From Candidatus Poribacteria bacterium (GTDB taxonomy: Bacteria > Poribacteria > WGA-4E > WGA-3G), in NCBI GenBank assembly GCA_965205015.1, contig OZ242029.1, forward strand, positions 3,648,001 to 3,712,000: 64,000 nucleotides of DNA, read 5' to 3'. Of this stretch, positions 1-7,123 are shown piece by piece. The stretch's first letter is position 1, and every line of letters starts with the position of its first letter. The notes under the pieces were generated by a model, which was not told the origin of the DNA, did no database searches, and worked only from the letters and a program-made list of their open reading frames with translations. A program made the position numbers and the translations under genes.

Positions 1-1497
1 TTTGACGTTATCATTGTTGATGAATGCCATCGTTCCATCTACGGCAAATGGCGACAGGTGTTGGAATACTTCGATGCTTTCATTATCGGACTCACTGCAA
101 CGCCGTATAGACAAACGCTCGGCTTTTTTGACCACAACCTCGTGTCTGAATATCGCCACGAACAAGCCGTAGAGGACGATGTAAACGTTGGTTATTACGT
201 CTATCGGATTCAAACTGAAATTACGCAAAGCGGGAGCACAGTTGAGGCGGGTAGTTATGTCGCAAGACGTGATAGGCAAAGTCGGAGGCTTAACTGGGAT
301 GAGTTAGACGCTGATGTCGAATATAGGGAAACACAATTGGATCGCGATGTGGTTGCCATAGACCAAATTCGAACAGTGATTCAAGCTTTCAAGGAAAAAC
401 TTTTCACTGATCTCTTTCCCAGTAGACAAACTGTTCCCAAAACGCTTATCTTTGCGAAAGATGACTCTCATGCCGAGGATATTGTTCAGATTGTCCGAGA
501 GGTGTTTGCCAAAGGAGACGAATTCTGTCAGAAGATTACCTATCAGAGTGATAGACCGGAAGATCTCATCAGAAGGTTTCGTACACAATTAAATCCACGA
601 ATCGCTGTAAGTGTGGACATGATTTCTACCGGCACCGATATTAAACCGCTTGAGTGTTTAGTCTTTATGCGTGCTGTTCGGTCAAGTGGTTATTTTGAGC
701 AGATGATTGGGCGCGGCGTGCGCGTCATCAGTCCTAACGATCTGCAAGCTGTCACCGGTGATGCAACTGCAAAAACGCACTTCATTATTGTTGATGCTGT
801 CGGTGTCTATGAATCCGTCAAAACCGATTCACGAGCCCTTCCAGGCGAGCCAGCCACTCCTACGGAGCCAAACGGACCACCAGTAAGAGATCCCAACCAG
901 CTTATTGATGATGTCAGCGTGGATCAAGTTACTGAAACTGGTTTTGACGATCAAAGTTTTACACAGATAGGGATAGTGATTCATGCCTTTAAACAGTTTA
1001 TTGATGAAAATGTGAATGAATTGTCAGCGTTGCAAATTCTTCGCAGAGTGTCAGGCGCGCGAGGCGCGCTGCGTGAAAACGATTTGAAAGCGTTAGAAAA
1101 AGCCTTGCTACAGCATTCAAACAGTCTGAGTCGCGAGTCATTATGGTTGGCTTACAAAAGACGGTCACCAGAGAACGTCCGAGGGGATACGGAACAACGC
1201 ACAGACCTCATATCCCTCGTTCGATTTGCTATGGGGTATAATCTTTTTCTGGAGCCGTTTCGTGCAACTGTCAACCAAAATTTTGAAGAGTGGTTAGGTG
1301 GTAAGGATTTTAACTCGGAGCAACATGAATGGCTTGAATTGATTCGAGACCACATTGCCACTTCACTTGATATTCGGATGGAAGACTTTGAGTACGCTCC
1401 CTTCGCGGAACGTGGAAATGGCACGAGGGTTTATCAACTTTTCGGTGATAACTTAAACAACATTCTAAAGGATCTTACAGAGGAATTGGTTTCCTAA
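1..1497 (+). CDS. hsdR: Type I restriction enzyme R subunit (EcoEI-like), 5'-truncated by the window edge
   Basis: Frame is open from base 1: FDVIIVDECHRS (helicase motif II), GLTATP (III), QMIGRGVR (VI), and an EcoEI_R_C-like C-terminus. Next to hsdS. Confidence 0.92.
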   Translation, partial: FDVIIVDECHRSIYGKWRQVLEYFDAFIIGLTATPYRQTLGFFDHNLVSEYRHEQAVEDDVNVGYYVYRIQTEITQSGSTVEAGSYVARRDRQSRRLNWDELDADVEYRETQLDRDVVAIDQIRTVIQAFKEKLFTDLFPSRQTVPKTLIFAKDDSHAEDIVQIVREVFAKGDEFCQKITYQSDRPEDLIRRFRTQLNPRIAVSVDMISTGTDIKPLECLVFMRAVRSSGYFEQMIGRGVRVISPNDLQAVTGDATAKTHFIIVDAVGVYESVKTDSRALPGEPATPTEPNGPPVRDPNQLIDDVSVDQVTETGFDDQSFTQIGIVIHAFKQFIDENVNELSALQILRRVSGARGALRENDLKALEKALLQHSNSLSRESLWLAYKRRSPENVRGDTEQRTDLISLVRFAMGYNLFLEPFRATVNQNFEEWLGGKDFNSEQHEWLELIRDHIATSLDIRMEDFEYAPFAERGNGTRVYQLFGDNLNNILKDLTEELVS

Positions 1498-1542
1498 TTT
1501 CCCTTCCTTGTGGGAGCGACCTTTGGTCGTGATTAAAAGGAC

Positions 1543-1571
1543 TTGCCTTCAAATTAGACATTCGGTAAACT
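1543..1571 (+). promoter_or_regulatory. Putative sigma70 promoter for hsdS
   Basis: TTGCCT-17 bp-TAAACT upstream of ATG 1626. Confidence 0.35.
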
Positions 1572-1625
1572 TATAGGGACTTAAGACGTTTAATTTAATA
1601 AAAGACATAGAAGAGATTCTCATAA

Positions 1626-3077
1626 ATGCGAACTCGATTTTCTAATGATTTGCCAAGAGGATGGATATGGACAACATTGGAGGAAATCAGCGAGATTATA
1701 CTGGGACAATCTCCTCCGTCCTCAACCTATAACACCGATGGAGAGGGACTGCCTTTCTATCAAGGTAAACTTGAATTTGGGAAACTCTATCCTACCCCGC
1801 GAAAATGGTGCACCACTCCAAAGAAGATTGCCCAAAAAGGCGATGTGTTCATTTCTATTCGCGCCCCAGTTGGACCAACGAACTTGTGTCCAGAGAAATC
1901 TGCGGTAGGAAGAGGGCTTGCCGCAATTCGTGGTTTGGGTGGAATCCAACCGTTATTCATCCTCTACCTGGTGCGTGGATTTGAAAATGAAATCGCAAGT
2001 AAGGGAACTGGAACAACTTTTGATGCAATAACGGGAAACCAACTCAAAACCTTTGAGATTCCAGTTCCACCGTTAGCAGAACAACGCCGCATTGTTGCCA
2101 AGATAGAGACACTGTTTACACAATTAGACGTAGCAGTTGATAGCTTAAAAGAAGCACACACGCAGTTGCAACGGTATCGCCGATCAATCCTCAAGGCTGC
2201 TTTTGACGGGGAGTTGACAAGGGAATGGCGCGAAGGATATTCGGGTGAACTTGAAACGATGCCGGTTTTAGAAGTTCCTACGCTGGACGGTTTACCAGAG
2301 CTGCCTGATAGTTGGGTATGGACGACCTTAGCAAGTTGCGCCGAGATTTTAGATAGTCAACGAGTGCCGATAAACGCAAAAGAACGGGCAACAAGGATAA
2401 GTGGTAAACCTGAGTCAAAACTTTATCCATACTATGGGGCAACTGGACAAGTTGGCTGGATTGATGATTACTTGTTTGATGACGAGCTCGTTTTATTAGG
2501 GGAAGATGGTGCCCCGTTTTTGGACTTTTTAAAAGACACTGCATATCTGATTAAGGGAAAAAGTTGGGTAAATAATCATGCTCATGTTTTGAAAGCAAAA
2601 ACTGAAATTTCGTCAAACCAATTTTTATGCGATTATCTAAATACTGTTGATTATCACGGTTATTTGACTGGAACAACAAGACTAAAACTCAACCAGTCAG
2701 CAATGCGAAAAATACTTGTTCCGATTCCACCGCTTCCTGAGCAGCAGTGCATTATTACAGAAATAGAACGTTGTTTCTGTATTGCTAACAAAGCTGAAAC
2801 AACCATTGCGGCAGAACTTAAACGTGCGGAACGTCTGCGGCAGTCTATCCTAAAACAAGCGTTCTATGGTAAACTCGCGCCGCAAGATCCGAACGATGAA
2901 CCAGCAAGCGTCCTATTGGAGAAAATTCGCGAAGAAAAAGAATATCAACAACCCAAACACGAAAAAAAGACGACGAAATCAAAGGCGCAGGACAGCGATG
3001 ATTATCCACTTCTCACGTTGGCCGGAGCGTTGGAACAAAATGATGATTCCATCAGCGATGCATCGCGGGTAGAATAG
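1626..3077 (+). CDS. hsdS: Type I RM specificity subunit with C-terminal extension
   Basis: Two TRDs, each followed by a PPL.EQ.RI conserved helix; LP.GW.W motifs; QDPNDEPAS.LL tail. Confidence 0.93.
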   Translation: MRTRFSNDLPRGWIWTTLEEISEIILGQSPPSSTYNTDGEGLPFYQGKLEFGKLYPTPRKWCTTPKKIAQKGDVFISIRAPVGPTNLCPEKSAVGRGLAAIRGLGGIQPLFILYLVRGFENEIASKGTGTTFDAITGNQLKTFEIPVPPLAEQRRIVAKIETLFTQLDVAVDSLKEAHTQLQRYRRSILKAAFDGELTREWREGYSGELETMPVLEVPTLDGLPELPDSWVWTTLASCAEILDSQRVPINAKERATRISGKPESKLYPYYGATGQVGWIDDYLFDDELVLLGEDGAPFLDFLKDTAYLIKGKSWVNNHAHVLKAKTEISSNQFLCDYLNTVDYHGYLTGTTRLKLNQSAMRKILVPIPPLPEQQCIITEIERCFCIANKAETTIAAELKRAERLRQSILKQAFYGKLAPQDPNDEPASVLLEKIREEKEYQQPKHEKKTTKSKAQDSDDYPLLTLAGALEQNDDSISDASRVE

Positions 3078-3090
3078 CGAGGTAATAACG

Positions 3091-3372
3091 GTGAATAAAA
3101 AAGATCAAGGCGAGTTTAAGAGAAAGGATGCTGATCCACTCCTCGCCCTTGCAGGAACGCTGAAATTTGATGTTAAAAAAATAAAGAAACGCATCAAGGA
3201 TTCTGTCCGTCTACAGATACGTGTAGTTGAAGGTCCCTATGCAAATCACCCAGATCCGCTCATCGCGTTGGCCGGAACGCTGCAATCTGATGTCACCGAC
3301 ATCGGTGAACGGCATGATGACTATATCGCGGACGCACTGTTGGTAGAATTATGGGGAGATCCAGATGAATAA
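3091..3372 (+). CDS. Small antitoxin-like hypothetical protein
   Basis: Contains DPL(L/I)ALAGTL twice and ends in DVTDIGERHDDYI, a tail typical of small antitoxins that precede PIN toxins. SD GAGG before the GTG start. Confidence 0.55.
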   Translation: MNKKDQGEFKRKDADPLLALAGTLKFDVKKIKKRIKDSVRLQIRVVEGPYANHPDPLIALAGTLQSDVTDIGERHDDYIADALLVELWGDPDE

Positions 3373-3598
3373 AGTAGACGTGAAGTGTAAGGCAAGAGAA
3401 GTTTTTGTTCTCGAATTCCTGCGTCAAGGCAATATTAGTGCCGGTAGAGCGGCACGACTGCTCAACATTTCGCGATGGGATCTCTTGGAATTGATGTACG
3501 AGGCCGGAATCTCTCCTTTTGACGACAGCCTTACAGGAGAAACGTTAGATGCTGAAGTTAAAAGTGCATTGAAAGATTTTGATGAACCCAACCTATAA
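3365..3598 (+). CDS. UPF0175 family HTH antitoxin-like protein
   Basis: G.IS.GRAA.LL.ISRW..LELM motif; overlaps the previous stop codon. Confidence 0.75.
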   Translation: MNKVDVKCKAREVFVLEFLRQGNISAGRAARLLNISRWDLLELMYEAGISPFDDSLTGETLDAEVKSALKDFDEPNL

Positions 3599-3654
3599 CA
3601 TTCTTATGAGCTATCAAACCGGATATTTGCAAAGTACCAATGCTGAAATAGTTA

Positions 3655-3683
3655 TTGTGTTTGATAAAAATCTATGTTAAAAT
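3655..3683 (+). promoter_or_regulatory. Putative extended -10 promoter for the TIGR04255 cassette
   Basis: TTGTGT-17 bp-TAAAAT with TG before the -10, in an AT-rich intergenic region. Confidence 0.4.
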
Positions 3684-3732
3684 ATACAAAAGAGTAGTAA
3701 ATTAATCTTAAAATTTGATTAGGTAGTACATT

Positions 3733-4548
3733 ATGGATGCAGAAAAAAGGAAACTTGATTTCGATAACCCTCCCGTAGAAGAGGTCGTATTGAGTATTCT
3801 TTTTCAATCACTCGATAACCTTCTGGCACCTCATCTTGGGGAAATTTGGCAGGTATTTAAAAAAGATGGGTTTATACGAATAATGGAGCAGCCACCGGTC
3901 ATACCGACTATGGAAACCTTCCCGAACCCAAGTCGGGAGCCTCAATTCCATATTAATGTTCCGGACCTTCCAAGGATTTGGTTCATCCATGAAAATGATA
4001 ACCAAATTCTACAAGTTCAACGCGATCGATTTACATTTAATTGGCGCAAAACCAAATCAGGTCAGAAATATCCTGGATTCTCAGCAATTTTTGAAAGTTT
4101 TGAAGGCTTCTATAATCGATTCTGCCAGACCATCAAAAACATGGACATTGGTTTATTGACTCCTTTGCAGTATGAACTAACCTATATTGATCAGCTGCCG
4201 CAAGGGGACAGTTGGAATACCCTTTATGATATAGGAAAAATCTACGATCCGTTTGTTGATTTCCAACAATCAGACTCATTTTGGTCAGATGCCGACTTTG
4301 TGAATTTACGGGTGTCATTCCCTATCCCAAACTTGCAAGGTCGTTTACATCTCGCAGTTGGTAATCGAGTAAAACACCCAGAACAACAACAAACGCTACA
4401 AACTGATTTTACAGCACGCGGTTTTTCAGAGAACACAGAATCTGAAATGAATATGTGGTTTGAGTTGGCGCATGACCAGATTCGTGAGAAATTTAGTAGC
4501 ATCTTTACAGAAGACATCCAGACACACGTATGGAAACGAAAATCATGA
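3733..4548 (+). CDS. TIGR04255 family protein (putative SecB-like chaperone)
   Basis: F.NPPV.EVV N-terminus, LQVQ.DRF.FNW, YP.F, ELTYID, and C-terminal AHD.I...F..IFT motifs. Confidence 0.8.
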   Translation: MDAEKRKLDFDNPPVEEVVLSILFQSLDNLLAPHLGEIWQVFKKDGFIRIMEQPPVIPTMETFPNPSREPQFHINVPDLPRIWFIHENDNQILQVQRDRFTFNWRKTKSGQKYPGFSAIFESFEGFYNRFCQTIKNMDIGLLTPLQYELTYIDQLPQGDSWNTLYDIGKIYDPFVDFQQSDSFWSDADFVNLRVSFPIPNLQGRLHLAVGNRVKHPEQQQTLQTDFTARGFSENTESEMNMWFELAHDQIREKFSSIFTEDIQTHVWKRKS

Positions 4549-5093
4549 GTACACGCAAAAGTTTCATCCCACATCCCGGCTATCAGAGTCAAATGGAATC
4601 GGAATTTATGAGTGCCCCCAATACCTTATCTTCAACTTCTTACGGCGTAGGTTTGCAAACTTACCAGACTAATCCTCCAATTGCAGATGAGAGGATATCG
4701 GGTTCGCCTCTGGACGCAAACCTATATTTATCTTGGATGGATGATGCCGATCGACAACTACAGGAAGTTCGTCAAGAAGCAGATGAAGCTTATATATTAG
4801 ATAATGAAATTGATCCGGTACCGGAGTCGGCATACGATGATGCTCTCTTTCTCTTAGAAGCATTCTTCCACTTTGGTATTCCTATGCCGGACTTGAGTTG
4901 GGCTGAAGATGGTAGTCTTACGCTTGGATGGTACCCAGAAAAAGGTACTATAGCAATCGGGATATATGGAGACAATCTTGTCATCTTTACTGCTTTCTTT
5001 GCAGAAAAACGTCAACTTGAAGGAATCTGCGAATTATCAGATACTCCAATGTTAGCAGGTTTCCTCACAACATTACTAAATATCCTCTATTAG
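4545..5093 (+). CDS. Hypothetical protein, candidate antitoxin
   Basis: ATGA overlap with the TIGR04255 stop; S/T/Q/P-rich, probably disordered N-terminus; acidic folded C-terminus (P.PD....EDGS..L.W). Confidence 0.65.
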   Translation: MSTRKSFIPHPGYQSQMESEFMSAPNTLSSTSYGVGLQTYQTNPPIADERISGSPLDANLYLSWMDDADRQLQEVRQEADEAYILDNEIDPVPESAYDDALFLLEAFFHFGIPMPDLSWAEDGSLTLGWYPEKGTIAIGIYGDNLVIFTAFFAEKRQLEGICELSDTPMLAGFLTTLLNILY

Positions 5094-5188
5094 GACTTAC
5101 GCATTTCCTTTTAAAGTTCCCTGATAAGGGGAATTTAGGGGGTTAAATTGCTGAAATAACGCCTTTTTACACAATTTGCGTAAATCCT
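5092..5188. mobile_element. MITE-like element with AGGA(C/T)TTACGCA terminal inverted repeats
   Basis: AGGACTTACGCA at 5092-5103 and TGCGTAAATCCT at 5177-5188 (1 mismatch); internal CCCTGATAAGGG hairpin; a relative lies at about 21727-21850. Confidence 0.6.
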
Positions 5189-5224
5189 GTTAATAAGAAC
5201 TATCTTTGTAATTAAGGAACTGAT

Positions 5225-5626
5225 ATGAAGGTTTCACCGGGTGAGACACTCACCCGTTTTATTCGTTATGGTAGCCATTTTTCCGATGTAACTAATAGAG
5301 TTCGACCTGATGCGTTTCTCCCACATAAAAGAAGTATTGATATATCTGTGTTTCGTATATCAGAACTTACCGAAGATGAAGTATGGAAAATTGGGCAGGA
5401 ATATGTTCATACAGAAGAAAGATCCGTAAAAGCAAGAGCAGATCTTTCCGCTGCTGTTGCTTATGAGAACAGTTTCGAGGTTGTACCAGACGAGCCTCCC
5501 CACAGGCATGCAAATATTGGATCTTTTCCTGTAGATAACGGTCCCACAAATAGAAAAGCGCGTCGATCACTCGCCGCCAAACTCGCTACACTTAGCAAAT
5601 TGGTCATACCCCCTGAAGAAACTTAA
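5225..5626 (+). CDS. Hypothetical 133-aa protein, candidate ADP-ribosyltransferase-fold toxin
   Basis: E.L.R near the N-terminus, AF, ISVFR and HANI, spaced like the R-S-x triad of small ART/RES-like toxins. SD AAGGA. Confidence 0.55.
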   Translation: MKVSPGETLTRFIRYGSHFSDVTNRVRPDAFLPHKRSIDISVFRISELTEDEVWKIGQEYVHTEERSVKARADLSAAVAYENSFEVVPDEPPHRHANIGSFPVDNGPTNRKARRSLAAKLATLSKLVIPPEET

Positions 5627-5656
5627 TCTCAGCTTAAACATAATTAAAAAAGATCT

Positions 5657-7123
5657 ATGTCAAACGAATCTGCAACAATCGTCCAGAAACTCTGGAATTT
5701 CTGCAACGTGCTCCGGGATGACGGGGTCAGTTACGGAGATTATGTTGAACAACTTACCTATCTGCTGTTCCTCAAACTTGCCGACGAACAGACGAAACCG
5801 CCTTTCAACAAACCCGCAACAATTCCCATAGATTTAGATTGGGAGAGCCTTCTTAACGAAAGCGGTGCCGAGTTAGAGACACAATATGTCAAAATCCTTC
5901 GAGAACTGAGCCATGCCCAAGGCTTACTCGGTGTGATTTTCCGAAAATCCCAAAACCGCATTCAAACACCTGCGAACTTGCAACGCCTTATCCACCTTAT
6001 CAACGATGAGAATTGGAGCGGGATGACTGCCGACATTAAAGGCACTATCTATGAAGGACTTCTACAGAAAAATGCCGAAGATACCAAAAGTGGAGCAGGT
6101 CAGTACTTCACACCACGTCCTCTTATCAAGGCAATGGTTACCGTGGCACGTCCCGAACCGCTGCAAACTATCTGTGATCCTGCATGTGGGACTGGGGGTT
6201 TCTTTCTCGCTGCACACGACTACATTTCCGAAAAATATAGCAGTCGGATGGATCGCGAACAGAAGGATTTCCTTAGATTTAACACATTCGCTGGCACAGA
6301 CATCGTTGATAACGTCGTCCGTCTGTGTGTGATGAATTTATACCTACACGGTATCGGGGGAATGGAAAGTCCAATTACAACCGATGATAGCCTCAGTCGA
6401 GACACTGGAGATCGCTACGACATAGTACTTACAAATCCACCGTTCGGGAACAGGAGCAGTATTACAATCGCTGCTGATGGCAGTAGAAGAAACAACGCTT
6501 CACTCACCTATGAGCGCGATGACTTCTGGGCGACAACTTCGAACAAACAATTCAATTTTCTCCAACACATCAAGACGATTCTGAAGACAGATGGACGCGC
6601 TGCTGTCGTCCTTCCAGATAATGTTCTCTTTGAACGGGGCGCGGGAGAAACAATTCGCCAGCAATTACTCAAACAGTTCGATGTGCATACACTGTTGCGA
6701 TTGCCAACCGGCATCTTTTACGCCCAAGGGGTCAAAGCGAATGTGCTTTTTTTCGATAAGAGACCGGCGCGTGAAGAACCGTGGACCCGGAAACTCTGGA
6801 TTTATGACCTGCGAACAAATAAACGCTTTACACTCAAGACGAATCCACTGCAAGACACCGATCTGCAAGATTTTATAACCGCCTACAATCCAGAGAATCG
6901 CGAGGCACGGGTTGAAACTGAGCGGTTCCGTGCCTTTAGTTACGATGAACTGATCGAACGGGAACATGTCAATCTCGACATCTTCTGGTTGAAAGAGGAT
7001 TCGCTTGAGGATGCAGCGGACCTTCCGACGCCAGATGTATTAGTCGCGGAAATCACCGAAAATTTAGAGGCGGCATTAGCGCAATTTCAATCCATCCAAG
7101 ATGAATTAGACAATAACGAATAA
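5657..7123 (+). CDS. hsdM: Type I RM N6-adenine methyltransferase
   Basis: GQYFTPR, DPACGTGGF (motif I), NPPF (motif IV), HsdM N-terminal domain. Confidence 0.95.
   Translation: MSNESATIVQKLWNFCNVLRDDGVSYGDYVEQLTYLLFLKLADEQTKPPFNKPATIPIDLDWESLLNESGAELETQYVKILRELSHAQGLLGVIFRKSQNRIQTPANLQRLIHLINDENWSGMTADIKGTIYEGLLQKNAEDTKSGAGQYFTPRPLIKAMVTVARPEPLQTICDPACGTGGFFLAAHDYISEKYSSRMDREQKDFLRFNTFAGTDIVDNVVRLCVMNLYLHGIGGMESPITTDDSLSRDTGDRYDIVLTNPPFGNRSSITIAADGSRRNNASLTYERDDFWATTSNKQFNFLQHIKTILKTDGRAAVVLPDNVLFERGAGETIRQQLLKQFDVHTLLRLPTGIFYAQGVKANVLFFDKRPAREEPWTRKLWIYDLRTNKRFTLKTNPLQDTDLQDFITAYNPENREARVETERFRAFSYDELIEREHVNLDIFWLKEDSLEDAADLPTPDVLVAEITENLEAALAQFQSIQDELDNNE

Noticed and set aside
1626-3077. 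Phase-variable hsdS shufflon
   Set aside because: No recombinase gene and no inverted repeats flanking TRDs were seen; the two hsdS genes are about 36 kb apart with different scaffolds.
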